Origin: a virus
Taxonomy: Duplodnaviria > Heunggongvirae > Uroviricota > Caudoviricetes
Length of the DNA: 34,405 nucleotides
Strand: one strand, 5' to 3'
Virus record (IMG/VR): IMGVR_UViG_2639762844_000002
Coordinates: 1 to 34,405 of that record
The notes under the pieces are model-generated. The model was not told where the DNA came from and ran no database searches. It saw nothing but the letters and a program-made list of their open reading frames with translations. Both the position numbers and the translations under genes were made by a program. Shown here piece after piece: positions 18,727-27,946 of the stretch. Each line of letters opens with the position of its first letter. Positions within the stretch are counted from its first letter, which is position 1.

Positions 18727-19478
18727 GATGGGTGTTTGTGGATAAAAAATTTTCCATTTTGAGAAAAAGAGTAAAGCATTCTCAAAAGAAAGTTATGGAT
18801 TGTATTATTGCTGACCATAATGCTGATGTATGTGTGTTATGCGGGAGTTCTGACGATATTACTCGTGAGCACATTATTCCTCAGTGGGCCTTTGAGTCAA
18901 ATGCTGAAAAACTTTTAATTAATAAAAAGAATAATCAGTCAACTCATTACATCAAAGCCACTGTACCAGCATGCAGAGTGTGCAATTCTGATTTGCTGGG
19001 AGCGTTTGAGTATAACCTGAAGAAATTTCTTACGGAAAAGAGGGGCGATGAGTTAACAGATTATGAATATGATTGCATCATATGGTGGTTGCAATACATG
19101 GGCTTTAAGTTGCAATTAATGGATTTACGGACCCGCTTTCTCAGGTATAAAGGGGGGGATTATATCCCTTTCCTTGCAAACTTCCCGGTTGCAATGTTTT
19201 GGGGGAATGTCGATACGACACCGGAGGATGTCTTCAGGATTATAAGAAAATCGCGACGCAATCTGATGTCGAAATGGAAGGATAAAAAACATAATTCTTT
19301 GATGGTTTTTGAAACATCAAACAAGAGTTTTCATTTCTTTCATAAGGTTGATGAATTTATTTTTATTGAAATGCCTCAGGTTAAGAAGGCGTTTTTCTTC
19401 TTTTTTAATAAAGAATTTGACAGCCATGATTTAGCTCATGAGGAGTGTATGAAGATTATAGAGAAGTGCTACAACTAA
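18723..19478 (+). CDS. HNH-motif nuclease-domain protein (251 aa), cargo inserted between S and V
   Basis: CVLCGSSDDITREHIIPQW ... CRVCNSDL fits the HNH signature (CxxC-EHIxP-N-CxxCN). AT-rich. Start overlaps the S stop (ATGA). Confidence 0.8.
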   Translation: MRWVFVDKKFSILRKRVKHSQKKVMDCIIADHNADVCVLCGSSDDITREHIIPQWAFESNAEKLLINKKNNQSTHYIKATVPACRVCNSDLLGAFEYNLKKFLTEKRGDELTDYEYDCIIWWLQYMGFKLQLMDLRTRFLRYKGGDYIPFLANFPVAMFWGNVDTTPEDVFRIIRKSRRNLMSKWKDKKHNSLMVFETSNKSFHFFHKVDEFIFIEMPQVKKAFFFFFNKEFDSHDLAHEECMKIIEKCYN

Positions 19479-19555
19479 TATTTATTATGTTGTGTCACGG
19501 CTGACAGAGTCCTCCATGATTGCTGCTGGTATCGTCCGGCGGCATCCTTCCCGTC

Positions 19556-20191
19556 ATGAACACTCTCGCAAATATTCAGGAACTCGCGCGCGCACTGCGC
19601 AACATGATTCGTACCGGCCTTGTCGTCGAAACCGACCTTAACGCCGGTCGCTGCCGTGTGCAGACCGGCGGCATGTGCACCGACTGGCTTCAGTGGCTGA
19701 CCCATCGCGCCGGGCGTTCGCGCACATGGTGGGCACCTTCCGTGGGGGAACAGGTGCTGATTCTGGCCGTGGGCGGTGAACTCGACACTGCGTTCGTTCT
19801 GCCGGGGATTTATTCCGGCGATAACCCCGCGCCGTCGGTGTCGGCGGATGCCCTGCATATCCGTTTCCCTGACGGGGCGGTGATTGAGTATGAACCTGAA
19901 ACCAGTGCACTCACGGTAAGCGGAATTAAAACGGCCAGCGTGACGGCTTCTGATTCTGTTACTGCCACGGTGCCGGTGGTCATGGTGAAAGCATCAACCC
20001 GCGTCACCCTGGACACACCGGAGGTGGTCTGCACCAACAAGCTGATTACCGGCACGCTGGAAGTGCAGAAGGGCGGGACGATGCGCGGCAACATTGAACA
20101 CACCGGCGGTGAACTTTCATCAAACGGGAAGGTACTGCATACCCATAAACACCCCGGCGACAGCGGCGGCAAAACCGGGAGTCCTCTATGA
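19556..20191 (+). CDS. V: Baseplate spike protein
   Basis: 211 aa from the ATG at 19556; begins MNTLANIQELARALRNMIRTG. Confidence 0.9.
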   Translation: MNTLANIQELARALRNMIRTGLVVETDLNAGRCRVQTGGMCTDWLQWLTHRAGRSRTWWAPSVGEQVLILAVGGELDTAFVLPGIYSGDNPAPSVSADALHIRFPDGAVIEYEPETSALTVSGIKTASVTASDSVTATVPVVMVKASTRVTLDTPEVVCTNKLITGTLEVQKGGTMRGNIEHTGGELSSNGKVLHTHKHPGDSGGKTGSPL

Positions 20192-20535
20192 CAGCGCGTT
20201 ATCTAGGGATGAATCGCAGTGATGGCCTGACTGTCACTGACCTTGAGCATATCAGCCAGAGTATCGGCGATATCCTGCGCACACCGGTCGGCTCACGGGT
20301 GATGCGTCGTGATTACGGCTCGTTGCTGGCATCAATGATTGACCAGCCGCAGACCCCCGCGCTTGAGTTGCAGATTAAGGTCGCCTGTTACATGGCGGTG
20401 CTGAAATGGGAACCCCGCGTAACCCTGTCATCCGTCACCACGGCGCGCAGTTTTGACGGGCGAATGACGGTCACGTTAACCGGTCAGCACAACGACACCG
20501 GCCAGCCACTTTCGTTAACCATCCCTGTGAGTTGA
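20188..20535 (+). CDS. W: Baseplate protein W (gp25-like)
   Basis: 115 aa. Confidence 0.9.
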   Translation: MTARYLGMNRSDGLTVTDLEHISQSIGDILRTPVGSRVMRRDYGSLLASMIDQPQTPALELQIKVACYMAVLKWEPRVTLSSVTTARSFDGRMTVTLTGQHNDTGQPLSLTIPVS

Positions 20536-20539
20536 AACC

Positions 20540-21448
20540 ATGCCGATTATCGACCTGAACCAGCTACCCGCACCGGATGTGGTCGAGGAGCTGGACTTTG
20601 AAACCATTCTCGCTGAACGCAAGGCGACACTGATTTCCCTTTACCCGGAAGACCAGCAGGAGGCGGTCGCCCGTACCCTGACGCTGGAATCTGAGCCTCT
20701 CGTCAAACTGCTGGAGGAAAATGCTTATCGTGAGCTTATCTGGCGTCAGCGTGTGAATGAGGCCGCACGGGCGGTGATGCTGGCCTGTGCCGCCGGTAAT
20801 GACCTTGATGTGATTGGTGCCAATTACAACACCACGCGCCTGATTATCACCCCGGCAGATGATTCGACCATCCCGCCGACACCGGCAGTGATGGAATCTG
20901 ACACGGATTATCGTCTGCGTATTCAGCAGGCGTTTGAAGGTTTAAGCGTCGCCGGGTCGGTGGGTGCCTATCAGTATCATGGTCGCAGTGCTGACGGGCG
21001 TGTCGCGGATATCTCTGTCACCAGTCCGTCTCCGGCCTGCGTCACCATCTCTGTGCTGTCACGTGAGAATAACGGTGTCGCATCCGAAGACCTGCTGGCG
21101 GTGGTGCGTAACGCCCTGAATGGCGAGGACGTCAGGCCGGTGGCCGACCGCGTGACCGTGCAGTCTGCCGCCATCGTTGAATACCAGATAAACGCCACGC
21201 TTTACCTTTACCCTGGTCCCGAAAGCGAACCCATACGCGCTGCCGCCGTGAAAAAACTGGAAGCGTACATCACGGCACAGCACCGGCTGGGGCGCGACAT
21301 CCGTCTGTCTGCCATTTATGCCGCTTTGCATGTGGAAGGCGTGCAGCGTGTCGAACTGGCTGCACCACTGGCTGACATCGTGCTCAACAGTACGCAGGCG
21401 TCTTTCTGTACCGAATACCGCGTCGTGACCGGAGGCTCGGATGAGTGA
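20540..21448 (+). CDS. J: Baseplate assembly protein J
   Basis: 302 aa. Confidence 0.9.
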   Translation: MPIIDLNQLPAPDVVEELDFETILAERKATLISLYPEDQQEAVARTLTLESEPLVKLLEENAYRELIWRQRVNEAARAVMLACAAGNDLDVIGANYNTTRLIITPADDSTIPPTPAVMESDTDYRLRIQQAFEGLSVAGSVGAYQYHGRSADGRVADISVTSPSPACVTISVLSRENNGVASEDLLAVVRNALNGEDVRPVADRVTVQSAAIVEYQINATLYLYPGPESEPIRAAAVKKLEAYITAQHRLGRDIRLSAIYAALHVEGVQRVELAAPLADIVLNSTQASFCTEYRVVTGGSDE

Positions 21449-21971
21449 TTCGCGACTGCTGCCGACCGGCTCATCACCGCTTGAAGTCGCCGCCGCAAAA
21501 GCCTGTGCGGAAATTGAAAAAACGCCGGTCAGTATTCGTGAACTGTGGAACCCGGACACCTGCCCGGCAAATCTGCTGCCGTGGCTGGCGTGGGCGTTTT
21601 CGGTCGACAGATGGGATGAAAAGTGGCCGGAAGCGACCAAACGCGCCGTTATTCGCGATGCCTATTTCATCCACTGTCATAAAGGCACTATAGGTGCAAT
21701 CCGGCGTGTGGTGGAGCCGCTGGGCTATCTCATCAACGTGACGGAGTGGTGGGAAACCAGTGACCCGCCGGGCACCTTCCGGCTTGATATTGGTGTACTG
21801 GAAAGCGGCATCACAGAGGCAATGTATCAGGAAATGGAACGGCTGATTGCTGATGCCAAACCTGCAAGCCGCCACCTTATTGGCCTGAACATTACCCGGG
21901 ACATTCCCGGCTACCTGTTCGCCGGTAGTGTGGCTTATGACGGCGATGTAATTACGGTTTACCCCGGATAA
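21441..21971 (+). CDS. I: Baseplate / tail protein I
   Basis: 176 aa. Confidence 0.9.
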   Translation: MSDSRLLPTGSSPLEVAAAKACAEIEKTPVSIRELWNPDTCPANLLPWLAWAFSVDRWDEKWPEATKRAVIRDAYFIHCHKGTIGAIRRVVEPLGYLINVTEWWETSDPPGTFRLDIGVLESGITEAMYQEMERLIADAKPASRHLIGLNITRDIPGYLFAGSVAYDGDVITVYPG

Positions 21972-21981
21972 GTGAGGAATA

Positions 21982-24111
21982 ATGAGCACAAAATTCAGAA
22001 CCGTTATCACCACTGCCGGTGCAGCAAAGCTGGCAGCGGCAACCGCGCCGGGAGGGCGGAAGGTCAACATTACCACGATGGCCGTCGGGGATGGCGGTGG
22101 TAAATTGCCTGTCCCGGATGCCGGACAGACCGGGCTTATCCATGAAGTCTGGCGACATGCGCTGAACAAAATCAGCCAGGACAAACGAAACAGTAATTAT
22201 ATTATCGCAGAGCTGGTTATTCCGCCGGAGGTGGGCGGTTTCTGGATGCGGGAGCTTGGCCTGTACGATGATGCGGGAACGTTAATTGCCGTGGCGAACA
22301 TGGCCGAAAGCTATAAGCCAGCTCTTGCCGAAGGCTCAGGGCGTTCGCAGACCTGCCGCATGGTCATCATCGTCAGCAGTGTGGCCTCAGTGGAGCTGAC
22401 CATTGACACCACAACGGTGATGGCGACGCAGGATTACGTTGATGACAAAATTGCAGAGCATGAACAGTCACGACGTCACCCGGACGCCTCGCTGACCGCA
22501 AAAGGTTTTACTCAGTTAAGCAATGCGACCAACAGCACGTCTGAAACACTGGCCGCAACGCCAAAAGCAGTAAAGACCGCCTATGACCTGGCTAACGGGA
22601 AATATACTGCACAGGACGCCACCACCGCGCGAAAAGGCCTTGTTCAGCTCAGTAGTGCGACTAACAGCACGTCTGAAACGCTCGCCGCAACGCCAAAAGC
22701 AGTAAAGACCGCCTATGACCTTGCTAACGGGAAATACACTGCACAGGACGCCACCACAGCGCGAAAAGGGCTTGCTCAGCTCAGTAGCGCCACCAACAGC
22801 GATTCTGAAACGCTTGCGGCAACGCCAAAGGCGGTAAAGGCAGCATATGACCTCGCTAACGGGAAATATACCGCACAGGATGCCACCACTGCGCGAAAAG
22901 GTCTTGTCCAGCTCAGTAGCGCCACAAACAGCGATTCTGAAACGCTTGCGGCAACGCCAAAGGCGGTAAAGGTCGCGTATGACCTTGCTAACGGGAAATA
23001 CACTGCACAGGATGCCACCACAGCGCGAAAAGGGCTTGTTCAGCTCAGTAGCGCCACCAACAGTGATTCGGAAACGCTGGCCGCAACACCAAAAGCGGTG
23101 AAGTCTGCCTATGACAATGCTGAAAAACGTCTTCAGAAAGATCAAAATGGCGCGGATATTCCTGATAAAAGATTATTCCTGCGCAATATTGGAGCAACAA
23201 ATTCAACAACCATGTCTTTTAGTGGTGGTACAGGATGGTTCAGGCTGGCAACTGTAACCATGCCACAGGCCAGTTCCGTGGTTTACATAAGTCTGATTGG
23301 TGGTGCTGGATATAATGTTAACTCCCCTATGCAGGCTGGTATATCTGAACTTGTTCTTCGTGCGGGAAATGGAAATCCAAAAGGTCTTACTGGTGCGTTA
23401 TGGCGACGGACATCGGTTGGATTTACTAATTTTGCATGGGTGAATACATCCGGTGATACCTATGATGTTTATGTTGAAATAGGTAATTACGCCACAGGTG
23501 TTAATATTCAGTGGGATTATACCAGTAACGCCAGCGTAACGATTCATACATCACCATCTTATACAGCGAATAAACCAACAGGCCTGACAGATGGAACTGT
23601 ATATGTAATTTACAGTTCGCACATTAAACCGACTGCTGCTGATGTTGGGGCGTTGTCATTATCTGGAGGTCAATTGAATGGTGCACTGGGCATCGGAACA
23701 TCCAGTGCTCTTGGCGGTAACTCGATTGTTTTGGGTGATAATGACACGGGCTTTAAACAAAATGGCGACGGTAATCTGGATGTTTATGCTAATAACGTCC
23801 ATGTTATGCGCTTTGTCTCCGGTAGCATTCAAAGTAATAAAACCATAAATATTACGGGGCGTGTTAATCCCACAGATTACGGTAACTTTGATTCCCGCTA
23901 TGTCCGGGATATCCGGCTTGGTGGTGCTGCCACATACAAACCTGCGAACAATGGCATGACATGGACACATCAGGCACCGTCCGGGTGTATATATTCCGGC
24001 ATTATTGTTCAGGATACCGGCTCAAACTCTGCCGATAACATTGGTGGCGTATATTACAGACCGGTTCAGAAATACATTAACGGGACATGGTATAACGTGG
24101 CACAGGTATAA
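21982..24111 (+). CDS. H: Tail fibre protein H (mosaic, with internal tandem repeats)
   Basis: 709 aa. Conserved N-terminus, a central repeat array, and an AT-richer Gly/Tyr/Thr-rich C-terminal domain. Confidence 0.9.
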   Translation: MSTKFRTVITTAGAAKLAAATAPGGRKVNITTMAVGDGGGKLPVPDAGQTGLIHEVWRHALNKISQDKRNSNYIIAELVIPPEVGGFWMRELGLYDDAGTLIAVANMAESYKPALAEGSGRSQTCRMVIIVSSVASVELTIDTTTVMATQDYVDDKIAEHEQSRRHPDASLTAKGFTQLSNATNSTSETLAATPKAVKTAYDLANGKYTAQDATTARKGLVQLSSATNSTSETLAATPKAVKTAYDLANGKYTAQDATTARKGLAQLSSATNSDSETLAATPKAVKAAYDLANGKYTAQDATTARKGLVQLSSATNSDSETLAATPKAVKVAYDLANGKYTAQDATTARKGLVQLSSATNSDSETLAATPKAVKSAYDNAEKRLQKDQNGADIPDKRLFLRNIGATNSTTMSFSGGTGWFRLATVTMPQASSVVYISLIGGAGYNVNSPMQAGISELVLRAGNGNPKGLTGALWRRTSVGFTNFAWVNTSGDTYDVYVEIGNYATGVNIQWDYTSNASVTIHTSPSYTANKPTGLTDGTVYVIYSSHIKPTAADVGALSLSGGQLNGALGIGTSSALGGNSIVLGDNDTGFKQNGDGNLDVYANNVHVMRFVSGSIQSNKTINITGRVNPTDYGNFDSRYVRDIRLGGAATYKPANNGMTWTHQAPSGCIYSGIIVQDTGSNSADNIGGVYYRPVQKYINGTWYNVAQV
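22501..23110 (+). repeat. About 4.6 tandem copies of a 132-bp (44-aa) in-frame repeat within H
   Basis: Copies begin at 22501, 22633, 22765, 22897 and 23029. Each encodes KGLVQLSSATNSxSETLAATPKAVKxAYDLANGKYTAQDATTAR. Confidence 0.9.
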
Positions 24112-24114
24112 TTT

Positions 24115-24642
24115 ATGCAGCATTTGATAAATATAACAGCGGGGAATCCAAAAACGGTTGAACAATATCAATTGACAAAGGGTTTTGATGTTGTCTGGTT
24201 TTTTTCAGAAGATGGTAAGAACTGGTACGAAGAACAAAAGTATTTTGCTGATGACACGATAAAAATAGCGTACGACAAAGATAATATTATCCGCTATGTG
24301 GAAAAGGATGTGACAGCTATCAGACCAGATGGATTAAGTGTTGTTGAAGTGCCAGATATTACTGCTAACCGACGGGCGGACATTTCAGGGAACTGGATGT
24401 TTAAGGACGGCACAGTGATTAAACGAATTTATACGGCGGAGGAATTGCAGCAGCAGGCAGAAAATCGGAAAGCCAGACTTCTAGCAGATGCTGAATCCGT
24501 GATTTTGCCGCTGGAGCGCTCTGTCAGGCTGAACATGGCAACAGAGGAGGAGCGCACACGGCTGGAGGCTTGGGAACGCTATAGCGTTCTGGTCAGTCGT
24601 GTGGATCCTGCAAATCCTGAATGGCCGGAAATGCCGCAATAA
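24115..24642 (+). CDS. G: Tail fibre assembly chaperone
   Basis: 175 aa, immediately downstream of H. Confidence 0.88.
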   Translation: MQHLINITAGNPKTVEQYQLTKGFDVVWFFSEDGKNWYEEQKYFADDTIKIAYDKDNIIRYVEKDVTAIRPDGLSVVEVPDITANRRADISGNWMFKDGTVIKRIYTAEELQQQAENRKARLLADAESVILPLERSVRLNMATEEERTRLEAWERYSVLVSRVDPANPEWPEMPQ

Positions 24643-24694
24643 GTTGTATGAGCTCTGGTGGGAGCCTACATATCTATGGCACAGAGTAAAGCCT

Positions 24695-24730
24695 AATCTG
24701 ACAGTCCGCTCTGTGCCAAAAGCGGACGTT
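24695..24730. repeat. Left copy of a 36-nt imperfect inverted repeat flanking the Z/fun-locus cargo gene
   Basis: aatctgacagtccgctctgtgccaaaagcggacgtt; its reverse complement matches 25951..25986 at 32 of 36 positions. Overlapping hairpins ggcacagag/ctctgtgcc and gtccgct/agcggac are present. Confidence 0.6.
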
Positions 24731-24805
24731 ATAAATTTCTTTTAGGGCAACCGAAAAAAGAGGGGTACGACCTATACTTGATTTGTATTTTAGATCACGC
24801 TTGCA

Positions 24806-25846
24806 TCAGTATAAATTTAACCCAAGCTTACTAATTTCTTTTCTACGCATTCCAAAAATAACATCACCACTTCTAGAAATGAATGAAGCAATGCGTCGGT
24901 CATTGTCATCTACACCTTCCCAGAAGAAAGGGACATTATTGTTCATCAGACTTTCTGCAAAGGTTAAATGTGTTAACGCCAAGAAAATTCTAACAAAATT
25001 AGATGGCTCATTGAAATCCTGATTCAGCAAATGTAGTGTCAAATGTCTATTGAAGCTACCTTCATTAACACCTCCAGTTGGTTTATATATGACATTTTTA
25101 AAAAAAGATCTGGTTGAATTCATCACATCACACTGGGGGTTTAAATGTGTGAAAAAATCCACCTCAGTTTCAATGTCATAACCTTTGCCGGGATGCCAGT
25201 CAAAATTTGGGAGCTGCCGTCTTCCCCATGTAATAATGAGTTTTCTAATTTCCTTTTCAAATCTGTCTGCACTTGTATTTGTGTTGTCACCATCACAAAA
25301 TTTTACAAGTAAGTTCCTCAATCCACCTTCAAAGACAGGGAAGAGCGACATTATAGATATATGATCATACCCCAAATAAAAAGCTTCTATAGCTTCAAAA
25401 ATAATTGTCTTGTAGTTTTTTAGTGATTCGCTCTTTATAAAGTATTTGTTGAAGTAAGCAATTGCAATTTCTAATGAGAAATTTTCGAATAACCATTTAT
25501 TTGAATTATTAAGCGGATTTTCACTTCTTTTAATTTCATGGATTGCAGAAGAAAGAGTGCCTTCTCCAATATATAGGGGTAATGCTATACCAAGTGAATT
25601 TGCATGCGACTGAATATTCGAACATCGTCCCCAATGTCTATTTAAGTACGATATTGGCCTTTCGGTAAGCAAGAAGTTTAAATCATCAATTTTAACTGTG
25701 AAAGAAGCATAACAAAGTTCACTTTTTGAGATTACTGGTTCTACGCTATGATTTCTCCTGAATTGATTTAGAATTTCATTCTCAGAGAGTTTGTCTAATT
25801 TTGATAAGCGTTTCAAAGTTGGCAGGAATTTTTCTAAATCTGACAT
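24806..25846 (-). CDS. Cargo protein of unknown function (346 aa) at the Z/fun locus; candidate anti-phage or exclusion protein
   Basis: AT-rich ORF on the strand opposite the late genes, between G and FI where P2 carries Z/fun. Own AT-rich upstream region. No recognisable motif. Confidence 0.8.
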   Translation of the reverse strand: MSDLEKFLPTLKRLSKLDKLSENEILNQFRRNHSVEPVISKSELCYASFTVKIDDLNFLLTERPISYLNRHWGRCSNIQSHANSLGIALPLYIGEGTLSSAIHEIKRSENPLNNSNKWLFENFSLEIAIAYFNKYFIKSESLKNYKTIIFEAIEAFYLGYDHISIMSLFPVFEGGLRNLLVKFCDGDNTNTSADRFEKEIRKLIITWGRRQLPNFDWHPGKGYDIETEVDFFTHLNPQCDVMNSTRSFFKNVIYKPTGGVNEGSFNRHLTLHLLNQDFNEPSNFVRIFLALTHLTFAESLMNNNVPFFWEGVDDNDRRIASFISRSGDVIFGMRRKEISKLGLNLY

Positions 25847-25950
25847 AATAATCCTAAAAGTTAAGAATTAATCTTTACGAAAGATATCATATGATACTTT
25901 GATTAATTATACTATTTAATGGTGTTTTTATCAGCACAGAACTAAGCGTA

Positions 25951-25986
25951 AACGTCCGCTTTTCGCTCAAAGCAGACTGTCAGATT
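25951..25986. repeat. Right copy of the 36-nt imperfect inverted repeat flanking the Z/fun-locus cargo gene
   Basis: aacgtccgcttttcgctcaaagcagactgtcagatt; partner of 24695..24730. Confidence 0.6.
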
Positions 25987-26043
25987 TGATAGCGTTTGGG
26001 CTATGTAATAGTCAGTTGGAAAATGAGTGAGTACAAATCAGGA

Positions 26044-26072
26044 CAGGCGGGCTGATTGCCCGCCTTTTCTTT
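26044..26072 (+). terminator. Rho-independent terminator (aggcgggc-tgatt-gcccgcct + ttttcttt)
   Basis: Perfect GC stem followed by a T-run on the plus strand, upstream of FI. Probably the original V-G operon terminator, displaced by the cargo insertion. Confidence 0.6.
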
Positions 26073-26168
26073 ATCTGTTGTTTCATCCACTGACCAGCCA
26101 GGTCAAATAGCGTCTCATGTACTACCCAACGGAAAATAGTTGCACCCATTAACCACGGAGTTAAACGG

Positions 26169-27359
26169 ATGAGTGACTATCATCACGGCGTGCAGGTGCT
26201 GGAGATTAACGACGGCACCCGCGTCATTTCCACTGTATCCACGGCCATTGTCGGCATGGTCTGCACGGCCAGCGATGCGGATGCGGAAACCTTCCCCCTC
26301 AATAAACCGGTGCTGATTACCAATGTGCAAAGCGCAATTGCAAAGGCCGGTAAAAAAGGCACGCTGGCGGCTGCGTTGCAGGCCATCGCCGACCAGTCAA
26401 AACCGGTCACCGTTGTTGTGCGTGTGGAAGACGGCACCGGCGACGACGAGGAAACGAAGCTCGCGCAGACCGTTTCCAATATCATCGGCACCACCGACGA
26501 AAACGGTCAGTACACCGGACTGAAAGCCCTGCTGGCGGCGGAGTCGGTAACCGGTGTTAAACCGCGCATTCTCGGTGTGCCGGGACTGGACACCAAAGAG
26601 GTGGCTGTTGCACTGGCATCAGTCTGTCAGAAGCTGCGCGCTTTCGGGTATATCAGCGCATGGGGCTGTAAAACCATTTCTGAGGTGAAAGCCTACCGCC
26701 AGAATTTCAGCCAGCGTGAGCTGATGGTCATCTGGCCGGATTTCCTCGCATGGGATACGGTCACCAGTACCACCGCCACCGCGTATGCCACTGCCCGTGC
26801 GCTGGGTCTGCGCGCTAAAATCGACCAGGAGCAGGGCTGGCATAAAACGCTGTCCAACGTTGGGGTGAACGGTGTTACCGGCATCAGTGCATCTGTATTC
26901 TGGGATTTGCAGGAGTCCGGCACCGATGCTGACCTGTTGAACGAGTCAGGTGTCACAACGCTGATTCGCCGTGACGGTTTCCGCTTCTGGGGTAACCGTA
27001 CCTGCTCTGATGACCCGCTGTTCCTCTTTGAAAACTACACCCGCACCGCGCAGGTGCTGGCCGACACGATGGCTGAGGCGCACATGTGGGCGGTGGACAA
27101 GCCCATCACTGCAACGCTGATTCGCGACATCGTTGACGGCATCAATGCCAAATTCCGTGAGCTGAAAACAAACGGCTATATCGTGGATGCGACCTGCTGG
27201 TTCAGCGAAGAATCCAACGATGCGGAAACCCTCAAGGCCGGAAAACTGTATATCGACTACGACTATACACCGGTGCCTCCTCTCGAAAACCTGACCCTGC
27301 GCCAGCGTATTACCGATAAATACCTGGCAAATCTGGTCACCTCGGTTAACAGCAATTAA
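26169..27359 (+). CDS. FI: Tail sheath protein
   Basis: 396 aa; length as P2 FI. Confidence 0.92.
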   Translation: MSDYHHGVQVLEINDGTRVISTVSTAIVGMVCTASDADAETFPLNKPVLITNVQSAIAKAGKKGTLAAALQAIADQSKPVTVVVRVEDGTGDDEETKLAQTVSNIIGTTDENGQYTGLKALLAAESVTGVKPRILGVPGLDTKEVAVALASVCQKLRAFGYISAWGCKTISEVKAYRQNFSQRELMVIWPDFLAWDTVTSTTATAYATARALGLRAKIDQEQGWHKTLSNVGVNGVTGISASVFWDLQESGTDADLLNESGVTTLIRRDGFRFWGNRTCSDDPLFLFENYTRTAQVLADTMAEAHMWAVDKPITATLIRDIVDGINAKFRELKTNGYIVDATCWFSEESNDAETLKAGKLYIDYDYTPVPPLENLTLRQRITDKYLANLVTSVNSN

Positions 27360-27371
27360 GGAGCCTGACCG

Positions 27372-27890
27372 ATGGCAATGCCGCGCAAACTCAAGTTAAT
27401 GAATGTCTTTCTGAACGGCTACAGCTATCAGGGCGTTGCAAAGTCCGTCACGCTGCCAAAACTGACCCGTAAGCTCGAAAACTATCGCGGTGCGGGGATG
27501 AACGGCAGCGCACCGGTAGACCTCGGCCTTGATGACGATGCGCTGTCAATGGAGTGGTCGCTCGGTGGCTTCCCGGATTCGGTTATCTGGGAGCTTTACG
27601 CCGCAACCGGTGTGGATGCCGTACCGATTCGTTTTGCCGGTTCTTACCAGCGCGACGATACCGGCGAAACGGTGGCCGTTGAAGTGGTCATGCGTGGACG
27701 TCAGAAAGAAATCGACACCGGCGAGGGTAAACAGGGAGAAGACACCGAGTCGAAAATCTCCGTGGTCTGCACCTATTTCCGGCTGACGATGGACGGTAAG
27801 GAGCTGGTCGAAATCGACACCATCAACATGATTGAGAAGGTGAACGGCGTCGACCGGCTGGAGCAACACCGCCGCAATATCGGCCTGTGA
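27372..27890 (+). CDS. FII: Tail tube protein
   Basis: 172 aa. Confidence 0.92.
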   Translation: MAMPRKLKLMNVFLNGYSYQGVAKSVTLPKLTRKLENYRGAGMNGSAPVDLGLDDDALSMEWSLGGFPDSVIWELYAATGVDAVPIRFAGSYQRDDTGETVAVEVVMRGRQKEIDTGEGKQGEDTESKISVVCTYFRLTMDGKELVEIDTINMIEKVNGVDRLEQHRRNIGL

Positions 27891-27946
27891 TTTTCATCCG
27901 GTCAGCCAGGCTGACCGGTTAACCCTAATTCAGAAGTGAGAAAACC

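Noticed and set aside
22501-23110. Tandem repeats as a possible CRISPR array
   Set aside because: The repeats are 132 bp, contiguous with no spacers, and in-frame within a tail fibre gene; this is not CRISPR architecture. No CRISPR array was seen anywhere in the window.
22516-23145. Minus-strand ORFs of 209 aa and 81 aa within the H gene
   Set aside because: They lie entirely inside the 132-bp tandem repeat array of H and are themselves repetitive; they are antisense artefacts of the repeats, not genes.
24783-25022. 79-aa plus-strand ORF overlapping the 3' end of the 346-aa gene
   Set aside because: Antisense overlap with the longer, better-supported minus-strand gene; low-complexity translation.
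24806-25846. HEPN-like R-x4-H motif (NRHLTLH) in the 346-aa protein
   Set aside because: A single R-x4-H occurs by chance in most proteins of this size and there is no supporting context, so it is not used as evidence.
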